DNA of 64,000 bases from a virus, in the IMG/VR virus record IMGVR_UViG_3300017782_000007, positions 22,836 to 86,835 of that record; one strand, given 5' to 3'. Positions 1-9,953 of the stretch are shown here, piece after piece. Within the stretch, counting starts at the first letter, position 1. Each line of letters opens with the position of its first letter. The notes under the pieces were generated by a model that did not search any database, was not told the DNA's origin, and saw nothing but the letters and a program-made list of their open reading frames with translations. The position numbers were made by a program, and so were the translations under genes.

Positions 1-679
1 TCCATCCAAATTGCATACCAGAGAGAAGGGCGTGCTTGAAGGAATCATTCATTTTGTCTCGTATAGATTGCTCGTGCATTAGATAGTTCAAGATTTTATT
101 CGCTAGAATTTCTCTGGCCTCTAAGTACGTAGTATTCATATACTTTTCAATCTCACCAGGGTCCATTACCTGGTCCATGATTTCTTGGATCTTCGCTTGA
201 AGTTCCTCTTCAGGCAGCCCTTCCTGTCCCTTAAATTGATTCTGTACACGCGTTAACTCAGCGTTGTACTGGGCATCAACATACTCTCTTATCAATTCAT
301 CCTTAGTACTAAGCTTAGATTTAATTCCTTCAGAATTAATTAGTAAGGCCTTAGCCGTAAAAGGTCTTTTAGATTCCTCTCCTAGTAATACCTGAATTTT
401 ATTGTAAGCTTTGTTGTATGGTTTAATATCGTCTATTCTCTGTCCGATATCAATACCTGCAGGATTAAATTCCTTCTGTAACTCCTCTTGAGTTACTACA
501 TTATTATATAACTCGTAGGAAGCCTTCATCCGTTTATAATCTTCAGAAGGTTGTGCACTCAAAGGAGTGTCAGACGAGGAATGAATAATAGAGTCTATGG
601 TGTCCTTAACATGTTGGTAATCATCCTTTACTCGCTCTGAGTAGCTGATTCTCTGTTTAGGATAAGTAGTTAAACTCAT
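1..679 (-). CDS. Portal protein, N-terminal part (runs off the window edge)
   Basis: Hand translation from ATG at 679: MSLTTYPKQRISYSERVKDDY...YNKIQVLLGEESKRPF, resembling crAss-like portal N-termini; lies directly downstream of terL. Confidence 0.8.
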   Translation of the reverse strand, partial: MSLTTYPKQRISYSERVKDDYQHVKDTIDSIIHSSSDTPLSAQPSEDYKRMKASYELYNNVVTQEELQKEFNPAGIDIGQRIDDIKPYNKAYNKIQVLLGEESKRPFTAKALLINSEGIKSKLSTKDELIREYVDAQYNAELTRVQNQFKGQEGLPEEELQAKIQEIMDQVMDPGEIEKYMNTTYLEAREILANKILNYLMHEQSIRDKMNDSFKHALLSGMQFGW

Positions 680-681
680 AT

Positions 682-2928
682 TTATATTGTGTTTAGTCTA
701 TTAAAAAGATGTTTATTATCGAGAAGGAATTTAAGAGGATCCTCTCGTTCTGTTTCTGTCATTCGGATATGGTTCTGGTTAGTTATCTCTTCGATACCAA
801 GTACACAGCCAATAAAGGCGGATACCCTATCAAAGTTACCGTCATGCTGATAGGCAATCAATTCTTGTAAGAATGCCCTATCCCATATCCTATCTAAATT
901 TCTATGGATTTTACCATTAGAATCTGTTCCTCTTTCTTCTAGTAGCCAGTCCCTAACATACTGTATAGACTCCTGTTTCATCTTCTTAGATGACATTGGG
1001 AATCCATAAATAGTAGGAGCCTTAGTATCCCACACAGCCTTCTTATTGAAGAGTGTCTGAGGTTCCTTGGCCAGTAAATGTAGTTTCTTTTTCTTCTCAA
1101 AATACTCCTTCACGTTACCTCGGACATTCTCAAAATAGACTTTGGCATTGCCATACATAAGAGAAAGCTTTAATAGATTCTCGTTGTAAACATGCCTACC
1201 ATCATGAGGTCTCCCAACGTATTGAGCAACTATCTCATTGTGCCCTATCTTGTTGAAGTATTTATTAGTTTTTAATATGTAGGTAGCAGCTAAAGATCCC
1301 CCTTCCGGGTCATCCGTAGCGTATGGATCGTGTCCTATAATATAAGCACCCTCAGGTACTTTTCCGTCAATTAGTTGTGGTAGCTCGTAGATAACAACAG
1401 CTCCTTCTCTTTGTCCTTCTGTCCAAGGAAATCGATTAATGTGTTGTAGTTTATCTCTCGTATCTACCTTATAGTTAACCCCGTTAAATGCTGACTTTTG
1501 GTCATAGAATAACTCTACTTTCTTCTCTACATATGTGTAGCTATCATTCTCCTCTAACTGGCGTAGCCTATTCTGTAAATCAGCAATAGGAAATATATTA
1601 CCAGTACGAGTTAAGAAGATCTCAGAAGGTATAACCGGTCTATTCTGTAGCTCCGCATCTAAAGCATCTGATCCTGACTTAGTTCCCCTAAGCTTATCCC
1701 TATGCTTGGCCAGGAATTGTTGAGCTCTCTCATTATCTGTCTTACCATATACACCAGGTCCTAATTCTTCCTTAAAGGCGTTTAAACCTAAGTAAGCAGG
1801 TACAAAGTATCCTATCTTACCTCTATGTTCCCACGTGTCATTATAAGCCAGTAGATCGTACTTCTCAGGGTCATAGAACATCAGAGAGGCATCTAAAGTA
1901 CCTCCACCATTCATATCACCCCCAGTACCTAAATACATGCAGGAACCGAACTTATAGTGCCCGTCTCGCATACACTCTACTGAGGCAGCCCTAGATTCCC
2001 TAAGGTTATCAAACATTCCTATCTCCTCCATCACCATTACCCCTGGTCTAGTACCATTGGCAGCAAATGGATTATCTTTGAATGTCCTGTGTTTTATATT
2101 AGATTGAGATCCCTTATTCTCCCAGTTACCTCCAATCTTTTCTTTGTAGGAAGCAACTACCTGAGAACCAGGCATCCATGAACCAGAATACTGCTGAGCA
2201 AAAGGAGAAGGGTATGATACCCCACCAAACTCACAAGCACCTGGTAGCCGCTCTACGGCTATCTTAGTCTTGTCTAAAATGTCTCTAGAGTACTTAGCAT
2301 CACCTGCCCCAACTAATATCTCAGCTGGCGTGGGATTAGCTCTAGACTCTTCAGTGTAATGTGTTGATCCATTGAATAGCCACTCATGAGCAACTATACC
2401 AACGCCAACAGAGTAGGACTTACCAAATCCCCTGGATCCCATCATCATGAAATCCTTAGCCTCATTCTCAAATAAGGGTCTCCCATAATTAGCATCATGG
2501 ACCTTCCGTAAGTATTCTCTAGCGGGTACAAATTCTTTTGGTGTACCGTCCAATTTAAACGCATGTGGTGCATACGTTCTCTTAAACTCTTCTGGGTAAT
2601 CTGGGTTATTAATTTCTCTATAGCAAGTATAATTCTCATCCTCAGCAAAGCCAGAGAAACCTCTAGCCTCAGCCCAGTTATAGAAAAATTCCCACTCTAA
2701 ATCACGTAAAAAAGGGCGCCCAAAGCTTTTCACTTTAGACCCCCTCTTGTTTAATTTAATGGTACCGAAGTTAATATAGAAATATAACTTTCCTGGCATC
2801 CATTTTCCAGATACCCAAAACCCTTCTATGCATCTTCTCTTTTGTTCTCTCCAGTACGTAGCATATGCTTGTGTCGCTGGATGGTACTCAGGAGGAGAAG
2901 GGATTTTGAATTCTGTAATATTAATCAT
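682..2928 (-). CDS. terL: Terminase large subunit
   Basis: 748 aa; Walker A GSRGFGKS, Walker B VMEEIG, GTGG coupling motif, RNase H-like nuclease motifs IIGHDPY and GNFDRVSA. Confidence 0.93.
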   Translation of the reverse strand: MINITEFKIPSPPEYHPATQAYATYWREQKRRCIEGFWVSGKWMPGKLYFYINFGTIKLNKRGSKVKSFGRPFLRDLEWEFFYNWAEARGFSGFAEDENYTCYREINNPDYPEEFKRTYAPHAFKLDGTPKEFVPAREYLRKVHDANYGRPLFENEAKDFMMMGSRGFGKSYSVGVGIVAHEWLFNGSTHYTEESRANPTPAEILVGAGDAKYSRDILDKTKIAVERLPGACEFGGVSYPSPFAQQYSGSWMPGSQVVASYKEKIGGNWENKGSQSNIKHRTFKDNPFAANGTRPGVMVMEEIGMFDNLRESRAASVECMRDGHYKFGSCMYLGTGGDMNGGGTLDASLMFYDPEKYDLLAYNDTWEHRGKIGYFVPAYLGLNAFKEELGPGVYGKTDNERAQQFLAKHRDKLRGTKSGSDALDAELQNRPVIPSEIFLTRTGNIFPIADLQNRLRQLEENDSYTYVEKKVELFYDQKSAFNGVNYKVDTRDKLQHINRFPWTEGQREGAVVIYELPQLIDGKVPEGAYIIGHDPYATDDPEGGSLAATYILKTNKYFNKIGHNEIVAQYVGRPHDGRHVYNENLLKLSLMYGNAKVYFENVRGNVKEYFEKKKKLHLLAKEPQTLFNKKAVWDTKAPTIYGFPMSSKKMKQESIQYVRDWLLEERGTDSNGKIHRNLDRIWDRAFLQELIAYQHDGNFDRVSAFIGCVLGIEEITNQNHIRMTETEREDPLKFLLDNKHLFNRLNTI

Positions 2929-2963
2929 TCTGTAGTGTTGGTAGTATCGGATTTGTTGTAATT

Positions 2964-4571
2964 CTAACCGAATGGATTAGCTTCATGTGCCTGTGTAGGC
3001 TCTTCTTCGTGAATAGTACATTCAGTCATGATTATCATAGAAGCAGCTGATACTGCATTCTCAATAGCAGAGGTAACTACTAATGTAGGATCAATAATCC
3101 CCATCTCTCGCATATCCCCAAACTTATCTGTATTGGCATTGTAACCAAAGTTAATGTTCTCGTTGTGGACTACGTTAGCCATGATAATTCCTGCATCTTT
3201 ACCCGCGTTATTAATGATCTCTCTGGCAGGGGCTGTTAAAGCCTCTAATAGGATCTTAGCTCCTAAGTTCTCCTCAGCAAAGCCAAATATAGGGGTTACG
3301 TTAGCAGAAGCATGTAATAAAGCTGTTCCTCCGCCAGGTAAAGTACCAAAGCGAATAGCAGCCTTTACTGCCTGTAAAGCATCGTCAATTCTGTGTTTCT
3401 TCTCTACCATTTCAGCATCAGTAGCAGCCCCTACGTGTAGGATGGCCAAGCCACCAATAAGGTTTGCCATTCTCTCAGAATACTTCTGTGCCATGTAATC
3501 AGATTCTAATGTAGGCATAGCAGCCTTAATCTCCTCCAATCTCTGGGCTACCTGATCCTTAGGTCCTTCCGGCCCTAATAAGGTAGTAGTATTTTGATCA
3601 ATGATAATCTTCTCGGCAGAACCGAAGTGAAATGATTGAATATCTTGTTGTGATATCCCTAGTTCCTTAGTGATTAAGGTAGCTCCGGTAGCGATAGCTA
3701 AGTCCTTCATGAACTCAGTTCTAATCTCACCGTAGTAAGGTGCCTTAACACAAACAACAGGAATACCTCTTAGTTTGTTAGTAATAGTAGATTCTAATGC
3801 CTGAGCCTCAACCTCAGTGCCGATAATAACTAATGGTCTCTTCTGGGCCATAGCCAGATTCATACAATTAACTGTTACCTTAGGATCTCTTACTTTGTCG
3901 TTGATTAAGACAATTAATGGATTATCATACTCTACTGAGTGCTCACCAGTGTTAACAAAATAAGGAGAGATAAATCCCTTCTCTAATTGCATACCTTCTG
4001 TGAACGTAGTATACGTATCATTTGTCTTAGATTCTTGTACTAGAATAACTCCATCCTTAGTTACCTTATCCATAGCCTCAGCTATTAGTTTCCCAATCTT
4101 AGCATCATTGTTAGCAGAGATAGTAGCAATAGCTTCTATACTCTCCTTAGACTCTGTTACGGGCTCAGATAACTTATTAATTTCTTCTAGTATGTGTGGA
4201 AGTATTTTCTCAATACCTCTCTTTAAATCGATTGGATTAGCTCCGGCAGCTATTAATTTCTCCGCTCTTTCTATGATGGCCTGGGCCAATATAGTAGAGG
4301 TAGTAGTACCGTCACCAGCAATCTTAGCTGTTTTAGCAGCAGCCTGTTTAATAACTTGAGCACCTAGGTTTTCAATGTAATCTTCTAGTATGATCTCAGA
4401 GGCTACTGTTACCCCGTCCTTAGTGACTACAGGGTTCGCGAATGGTTTGTTGATAATCACATTTCTTCCCTTAGGTCCTAATGTAATCTTCACTGCCTTA
4501 GCTAGTGTATCAACTCCTTTTTTTAATTTGGTTCTTGCTTCTTGGTTAAATGTTACTTTCTTAAAAGCCAT
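2964..4571 (-). CDS. groEL: Group I chaperonin GroEL
   Basis: TLGPKGRNV, TKDGVTVA, AGDGTTT, VKAPYYG, PGGGTALL, GIIDPT motifs; no GGM tail. Confidence 0.97.
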   Translation of the reverse strand: MAFKKVTFNQEARTKLKKGVDTLAKAVKITLGPKGRNVIINKPFANPVVTKDGVTVASEIILEDYIENLGAQVIKQAAAKTAKIAGDGTTTSTILAQAIIERAEKLIAAGANPIDLKRGIEKILPHILEEINKLSEPVTESKESIEAIATISANNDAKIGKLIAEAMDKVTKDGVILVQESKTNDTYTTFTEGMQLEKGFISPYFVNTGEHSVEYDNPLIVLINDKVRDPKVTVNCMNLAMAQKRPLVIIGTEVEAQALESTITNKLRGIPVVCVKAPYYGEIRTEFMKDLAIATGATLITKELGISQQDIQSFHFGSAEKIIIDQNTTTLLGPEGPKDQVAQRLEEIKAAMPTLESDYMAQKYSERMANLIGGLAILHVGAATDAEMVEKKHRIDDALQAVKAAIRFGTLPGGGTALLHASANVTPIFGFAEENLGAKILLEALTAPAREIINNAGKDAGIIMANVVHNENINFGYNANTDKFGDMREMGIIDPTLVVTSAIENAVSAASMIIMTECTIHEEEPTQAHEANPFG

Positions 4572-4595
4572 GTTTTTCTCTCTCTTAATTATATA

Positions 4596-4697
4596 TTATA
4601 ATATTCCTGTTACAGCGAATAATAAAATTGATATGATAGCTGTCAGGGCGCTTGCTAATAATGCTTTCGCAGTCTCAATAAAGTTAAATGTTTTCAT
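4596..4697 (-). CDS. Small single-TM peptide (33 aa)
   Basis: MKTFNFIETAKALLASALTAIISILLFAVTGIL; A-rich start context; below ORF-track cutoff. Confidence 0.45.
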   Translation of the reverse strand: MKTFNFIETAKALLASALTAIISILLFAVTGIL

Positions 4698-4738
4698 AAT
4701 TAAACTATTTTAAGCGCCCCTTAGGACGCCTGAATCTA

Positions 4739-5536
4739 TTACCAGATTCGGTATCCTAAAAATATACCAGCTGACCAGCCAGTAGTCACTGTTGTCTGTG
4801 GGTCTAAGTTCTGTCCGTACTTAATAGCCCCTTTCCTAAACTTCATTACTGATGGTCCAATGCCAGCAATAATCGCAATTCTCCTTGGTTTAGACTCAAT
4901 ATTATATGATTGAATTGATTGTTGACTCCAAGGGAAGTCAGATGTAGCAGTCACAGAGTGTTCCTGATTCCCAGTAAGGAATCTTGTTCTCGTACTATGT
5001 GTAAGAGTAGTCTCACTGTACGCATCAATATTAGTTAAGCTTAATGAGTCACTGTTAACGGACCAGTCAAAGCCTACGTTAGTACCGGAGAATAATCCTG
5101 AATAGGTAGGGTACACCATTACGTATACTGAATCTACCTGATGTAAGGTATCTACCTCAGTAATAAATAAAGAGTCTGGAAAGTAAATTGAATCAGTAGC
5201 AGCTGCAATAGAAGCATCATTCATTGATTGTTTCAATATACTAATCGTCCTTAAGTTCTTTCTGTCTTTCCTAGACAGCTTAGCTATCTTTTCTTCTTGC
5301 TCCTTAATGATAGCCTCTTTCTCTGCCTTAGAGACAGCTAAGGCCTCATTGCGTGAAGTTAGAGTACCATTCTCATTAAGTATAGTCTCAGAATTAGCTT
5401 CTACTAATTCCATCTTTTTCTGTATGTTCTCAACGTTCTCTACTTCCTTGGCCAGGGTATTCTTAGTGGTATTACACTGGTAAGTCGTGAATAAGAGTAC
5501 AGCGGTAATAGCCGCAATAATTACGTTCTTGATCAT
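4739..5536 (-). CDS. Membrane-anchored coiled-coil protein, spanin-like candidate
   Basis: N-terminal hydrophobic segment ending in Cys, long coiled coil, C-terminal amphipathic beta strand GWSAGIFLGYRIW. Confidence 0.45.
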   Translation of the reverse strand: MIKNVIIAAITAVLLFTTYQCNTTKNTLAKEVENVENIQKKMELVEANSETILNENGTLTSRNEALAVSKAEKEAIIKEQEEKIAKLSRKDRKNLRTISILKQSMNDASIAAATDSIYFPDSLFITEVDTLHQVDSVYVMVYPTYSGLFSGTNVGFDWSVNSDSLSLTNIDAYSETTLTHSTRTRFLTGNQEHSVTATSDFPWSQQSIQSYNIESKPRRIAIIAGIGPSVMKFRKGAIKYGQNLDPQTTVTTGWSAGIFLGYRIW

Positions 5537-5817
5537 GATTCTTTTGGTTGTGCTGTGAAATTAAACTCGTCACGATGCTCTCGCTTCTGTTCTTTCATAG
5601 CTTCATTATATAAATACTGGTCTATCTCTGCACCAGTCAATTCGGGATTAAGACGGCGTAGACGTTTTTTAGTCGTCTTATACGCCCTCTTCATCTCCTT
5701 CTGTAATTTCTTGTTTTGTTTCTTCAGCCACTGCTGCTTGTTAAATTCATAACGTTTTAGTTCAGCGAGTTTTTCCCTCTCTGGCCTAGCAGCAACTTGT
5801 TTTTCTCTTAGAGTCAT
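5533..5817 (-). CDS. Hypothetical basic protein
   Basis: ORF; stop overlaps start of next gene (ATGA). Confidence 0.6.
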   Translation of the reverse strand: MTLREKQVAARPEREKLAELKRYEFNKQQWLKKQNKKLQKEMKRAYKTTKKRLRRLNPELTGAEIDQYLYNEAMKEQKREHRDEFNFTAQPKES

Positions 5818-5823
5818 TCTTAG

Positions 5824-6339
5824 TTATATTGTTCCTTCCTCAGATGCTGACTTAACTGCTCCTCCCTTAGTCTGGGATTTAGCTGTCTCATCTTGAACAT
5901 CTTTCATACAAGTTCTTAATTGCTTCCATAATTTCTCAGTAGAAGCTAATAATTTTTCCTTAAACTCAATAAGGGTAAAATCTGTACTAATGTCATAGTC
6001 TATAGCTGATAGGAATGCTGCTCTTTTCTCTAACTCCATTTCCCAATTGTATAGAGTTCTTTGTGCCTTTGTCATTGTAAGATGTTGGAACTTTTCAATT
6101 TCTTCTTTGTAATCATCCCAATCTACTACTACTTTCTTTAAGTAATCTTCTTGCACTGTCTTGATTCTATATTCCAAGGAGGTGTTAGAAAACTTTGAGT
6201 CTGGGTGGAAAACTAAAGCCATTGCCCACATAATCTTGGAGGAGTTCCTCTTCTTGGCTATGCCAGAAAAAGCTACCTTTAACTGTGGATTAACTTCCCA
6301 GAAATCTGCATCTATACTAAAATTATTTAATATATTCAT
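5824..6339 (-). CDS. Hypothetical protein of packaging block (possible terminase small subunit)
   Basis: 171 aa helical protein upstream of terL; TerS call is positional only. Confidence 0.55.
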   Translation of the reverse strand: MNILNNFSIDADFWEVNPQLKVAFSGIAKKRNSSKIMWAMALVFHPDSKFSNTSLEYRIKTVQEDYLKKVVVDWDDYKEEIEKFQHLTMTKAQRTLYNWEMELEKRAAFLSAIDYDISTDFTLIEFKEKLLASTEKLWKQLRTCMKDVQDETAKSQTKGGAVKSASEEGTI

Positions 6340-6638
6340 CCTCTCAAATTTTCTAAATATCTTGCTATTCCTTTCAATGCTACTCCTACTATAGTTCTTC
6401 TCTCAAATATGCTTAAGGGGTTCTTAACGTTGTTAAAGAATCTTAAAGCAAAGAATCTACTAGAGTCTTCTTGATGTGGATACATATAATCTAAAGCAAC
6501 CTCATCATAAGAGTTGGATGTAGGAGACTCAGATAAATATTCAAAAGGTCTCACAATACCCTCGTTTTCCTCGACGGCGTTAACTATGGTATCATAATTT
6601 TCTTGGTGTTCTCTCTTGAAATATTTATACTTACTCAT
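6336..6638 (-). CDS. Hypothetical protein
   Basis: ORF with 4-nt overlaps on both sides. Confidence 0.6.
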   Translation of the reverse strand: MSKYKYFKREHQENYDTIVNAVEENEGIVRPFEYLSESPTSNSYDEVALDYMYPHQEDSSRFFALRFFNNVKNPLSIFERRTIVGVALKGIARYLENLRG

Positions 6639-7162
6639 ATTAATTCTAAATGTATGTGGTCTGCATTAATTCTAGGAATATGCTTTATTATGTTATTGTA
6701 TTTATTCTTTATTTTTTTATAGTGTCTACGAGACCTAATCTCTAAGACAGCTCTAAGGTTATTTTCCTTAAGGTAAGTTTGTCCTTCATCGGAGTTTAGA
6801 TACTCTGCTAATTCTATGCCAGTACCACACCAAGGTCTAAATCTGTAATCTAGAGCCTCACCGTTATAATGTTTAGAGTGTTTAGCATGACGAGAATCAT
6901 CTCCTGAAGTAACCATATGATCAAACCTAGCCAGAAAAGCATGGGCCTTAATCAGTGATGGGTGTAATCCTACTAGATTAACTCCTTCCTTAACTATGGT
7001 TGGACTAGCTAGTAATAGATTGATTGTGTTTTCTAACTCACATATTTTTAATTGTTCGTGAGTTTCGACGGGTTCAATTATTGTTAACACCTCATTTGAC
7101 ACTCCCGAAGAAATGCTGATGGGTGTAGCGAATATCATTAACGACATCAATATTGCTTTCAA
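6635..7162 (-). CDS. Peptidase M15-like (LAS) Zn endopeptidase, possible endolysin
   Basis: TSG...SKHYNGEALD...DHIHLE Zn motif; likely start TTG 7162 or ATG 7147 gives an N-terminal signal sequence (track start 7360 overlaps the upstream gene). Confidence 0.75.
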   Translation of the reverse strand: MKAILMSLMIFATPISISSGVSNEVLTIIEPVETHEQLKICELENTINLLLASPTIVKEGVNLVGLHPSLIKAHAFLARFDHMVTSGDDSRHAKHSKHYNGEALDYRFRPWCGTGIELAEYLNSDEGQTYLKENNLRAVLEIRSRRHYKKIKNKYNNIIKHIPRINADHIHLELI

Positions 7163-7430
7163 TGAATTTTTTAAACTCTTCCGAGTTATTTTCCCAGTCT
7201 GTTTGTGAGGACATTTCGTGCCATCTTCCATACGGGTCTTTTTTATTCGGTGCATAAAAGAGAGCTGGGGCATTGCACCCGCACTCAGAACACTTGCCAG
7301 CGTCGAGACAGCTTTTGCACAATACAGCTCTTTGTAGAGCTTGCTCTCTAATATGCTCATCCAGGAGTCCTAATTTTGCAAGAACTAGGTTTGTATACCC
7401 CTGTCTGATATCCTTAGTATTAATTTCCAC
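7092..7430 (-). CDS. Small Cys-rich Zn-binding protein
   Basis: RAVLCKSC...CSECGC...KDPYGRW pattern. Confidence 0.65.
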   Translation of the reverse strand: MEINTKDIRQGYTNLVLAKLGLLDEHIREQALQRAVLCKSCLDAGKCSECGCNAPALFYAPNKKDPYGRWHEMSSQTDWENNSEEFKKFIESNIDVVNDIRYTHQHFFGSVK

Positions 7431-7782
7431 TAGCCGCTTCTTGAGCTTCCTTAGCTTTACGTTGTTCTGTAGCTAAGTTAACTAATACCTGTAAGCGAGC
7501 TGTCACATTATTCCAACGTCGTGGAGTCCATGACCAACCAAACCATCTTAACTTAGGTCTAGCGTTCTCATCTAATTGGTTAATTAAGTCTCCTAGAAAA
7601 GCATCTAGGTTTCTTAAGTTCAATGTTAAGAACTCATTAGCTTCTTTTAGTTGCTTAACCTCATTCTCCAAATCCACCTTAGCAGATGCATTTACAGTCG
7701 ATGACGTAGGCTTAGTATTTTTAGTAGCTCTTTTGCTAGTAGTTTTCTTTGTTTTGTTGGTAACTTCTTTCTTAGTACTCAT
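7420..7782 (-). CDS. Hypothetical coiled-coil protein
   Basis: ORF with Lys/Thr-rich N-terminus and coiled coil. Confidence 0.65.
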   Translation of the reverse strand: MSTKKEVTNKTKKTTSKRATKNTKPTSSTVNASAKVDLENEVKQLKEANEFLTLNLRNLDAFLGDLINQLDENARPKLRWFGWSWTPRRWNNVTARLQVLVNLATEQRKAKEAQEAASGN

Positions 7783-7820
7783 TATTTGTGTTATTATTAT
7801 TTATAAATATTTATAATTAA

Positions 7821-8264
7821 TTACTTATTAACGATTCCGTCAATATACTCTTCTCTTACTTTTAAGTATCCTTCCCACTCTACGGTAGGTGTAGCTCTAT
7901 TATGTAAGAATGCATTTTTAGGTCTAACTAGTGACGGATTAATCCAGACAACATCTCCTACCTTATATGTAGGATCAGTTAATTGAGGAGAAACATGTGT
8001 CACTATTGCCTGTGAAGTAAATTCGAACTCATCTGGCCTAGCAGTACTTCGACCACTATCAGTAGTTCCTTCGATATATTTGATATCGTGTACGCCATAT
8101 TCAGACACAGTTTCGTTTTCAAATTTGAATAATCTTACTAAGTATTGTTGTCCCATAATTTGGAATCCCTCCATCTCAGATGGCATCTCAGTAATGTTCT
8201 TATTCCAGTCCGCTCTTAAAGCGTACTCCTTCTCAATTTTTTCTCTGATTTGTTCTTGAGTCAT
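7821..8264 (-). CDS. groES: GroES-like co-chaperonin (enlarged)
   Basis: FQIMGQQYLVR, AIVTHVS, YKVGDVVW and YLKVREEYIDGIV align by eye with GroES PLGDRVLV, GxVVAVG, VKVGDxV and YLIxxExDILAIV; GroEL nearby. Confidence 0.65.
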   Translation of the reverse strand: MTQEQIREKIEKEYALRADWNKNITEMPSEMEGFQIMGQQYLVRLFKFENETVSEYGVHDIKYIEGTTDSGRSTARPDEFEFTSQAIVTHVSPQLTDPTYKVGDVVWINPSLVRPKNAFLHNRATPTVEWEGYLKVREEYIDGIVNK

Positions 8265-8584
8265 TTCTTTCTCTTTTTTTGTTTATTATATTCTCTCAAT
8301 GAGTGTTGAATCTTCCTCCACTTCTTTAATTCAGTTCTAAGATATTCAGAGTCTTCTCTCCGAATCTTTTTAATAATATTTAACTGGTGATAGTGTAAGG
8401 GTCTTTCTCTGTAAGTTAATCTTCCAAGGCCAGGTATAAATAATTCTGGTGAAGGAGGATCAATTATATAATTCCTAATTTCTGTGAATGCGTGTTCAGC
8501 AACCTCATTAACTAGATTCTCCGGTTGGTTCGTTACCTGTGCCACCAGAGGGTACAGTGTCTTTATCGGTTTCTCCCACAACAT
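8261..8584 (-). CDS. HU/IHF-like DNA-binding protein
   Basis: Two N-terminal helices then LFIPGLGRLTYRER (HU/IHF IxGFGxF arm motif); IHF-like genes are typical of crAss structural blocks. Confidence 0.6.
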   Translation of the reverse strand: MLWEKPIKTLYPLVAQVTNQPENLVNEVAEHAFTEIRNYIIDPPSPELFIPGLGRLTYRERPLHYHQLNIIKKIRREDSEYLRTELKKWRKIQHSLREYNKQKKRKK

Positions 8585-8975
8585 TCTCTATAAATTTAAA
8601 GTTTAACATCCATGGTTTACCAGCTTCTAGAGCCTCTTCCACGTCATCTATAATTTTATTATAAGGTGATCCAAAGCCAAGTAAGCCATCTTCATCCCTA
8701 TCTAATATTCCCTTATCTACTAGTGAGTAGACTTTGTTATTGAAATTCTCAGGAGTAATATTCCATCCTCTAGCTTGAGCAGAGGCCCTAGCCTTTCTTT
8801 TAGCTAGTATTGAGAATCTCTGGAATCTAAATTTATAGGGTAATACAAGTACTTCTACTAACATATCAATCTCTGATTGAGAAATAATCTTTGTTGGCGA
8901 AGATTGCATAGCATTAATTACTCTAAATAATTTTTGATAAATATTTCGTTTGTCTAACTTATGCGTTATCGTCAT
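8508..8975 (-). CDS. Winged-helix-like DNA-binding protein
   Basis: WNITPENFNNKVYSLVDKGILDR resembles a wHTH recognition helix and wing. Confidence 0.5.
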   Translation of the reverse strand: MTITHKLDKRNIYQKLFRVINAMQSSPTKIISQSEIDMLVEVLVLPYKFRFQRFSILAKRKARASAQARGWNITPENFNNKVYSLVDKGILDRDEDGLLGFGSPYNKIIDDVEEALEAGKPWMLNFKFIENVVGETDKDTVPSGGTGNEPTGESS

Positions 8976-9216
8976 TCTCTTCTTGTTTATTTTCTGTTAC
9001 AAAAGGTATAGAAGTATCTGCCTGTAATCTTTCTATAGTGTGATCATCTAATGCTTCTTGTACGGAGGGAGCTAAGTTCCATCTCTTCTTCAGAGACTCT
9101 GATAACCTCTTGTGTTCATCGTTCATTCTCTGTCCTCCTAATAGTATGGATTGTATTCCAAACATTTCTTTTCTTGATATAGTCATCATCTTTGATGGGT
9201 TCTTTACTTTACTCAT
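8959..9216 (-). CDS. Hypothetical protein
   Basis: Likely start MSKVKNPS at 9216; the track extension to 9366 runs over a promoter and hairpin leader. Confidence 0.5.
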   Translation of the reverse strand: MSKVKNPSKMMTISRKEMFGIQSILLGGQRMNDEHKRLSESLKKRWNLAPSVQEALDDHTIERLQADTSIPFVTENKQEENDDNA

Positions 9217-9331
9217 GTTTTGAATTTGATGGGTCTCCGCCCGCACCAGTATGTGTTTGTCATTTGCATTTCCAAACCCAAACTCGTCGCGAGCTCCTCT
9301 CACCGTAGGTGACGTTAGCGTCGCTAAGTCA

Positions 9332-9383
9332 GTCGGTATCGCCCGACGACTCTCAATATACAACATTTTTTTAGCAATGTCAA
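9332..9383 (-). promoter_or_regulatory. Promoter TTGACA-N17-TATATT followed by GCGATA-loop hairpin
   Basis: Minus strand reads TTGACA ttgctaaaaaaatgttg TATATT gagagtc GTCGG-GCGATA-CCGAC. Confidence 0.65.
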
Positions 9384-9646
9384 ATATTCTTAGTCAAACG
9401 GACATGGAGTATAATTAATCTTGTTATAGTTTTAGCTAAATAAAATAGCAAATGAAGAATAAAGATAATACGGCTAGTAGTATTCCCAGGCCAGATAAAA
9501 GTACTAAACAGCCTTTCTTAATTAACGAATAGTCCATATTAGTATTATTTTGCAGTCGAGTAATATCTGGTATTTGTAGTAAAAAGACTTTTACGAGACT
9601 TCATTTTAATGAAATTAAAATTAATATTCTTCGTTTAGAAGAATCC

Positions 9647-9859
9647 TCACTGTACTTCTTTCTCTATTGGAGAGATACTGCACACAAGGCTATCTATAAT
9701 TTTTTCATCTTCTTCGTAATGAGTGGAAGTAATTCTATAAGTCTTTCCTGTACTAAATTTTATCTCACATACATTTTCTCTTGGATATGTAATATCTTCT
9801 ATATGTATATCCTTTCCTACAACATAGGGCTTTATTTTATCGGGGTTACAATTTTTCAT
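9647..9859 (-). CDS. Hypothetical protein
   Basis: 70 aa ORF on the coding strand. Confidence 0.5.
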   Translation of the reverse strand: MKNCNPDKIKPYVVGKDIHIEDITYPRENVCEIKFSTGKTYRITSTHYEEDEKIIDSLVCSISPIEKEVQ

Positions 9860-9953
9860 TTCTCAGTATTTAATAAAAAGACTTGTGAACAAATCTTCTT
9901 TCCTATCACAATATTAGCTACAATCACTTTCTTAATTTCCTTCTTCTTATACC

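Noticed and set aside
3154-4713. Plus-strand ORFs antisense to groEL, and similar shadows opposite MoxR, vWA and vRNAP
   Set aside because: These are shadow ORFs caused by codon bias of the real genes and have no motifs.
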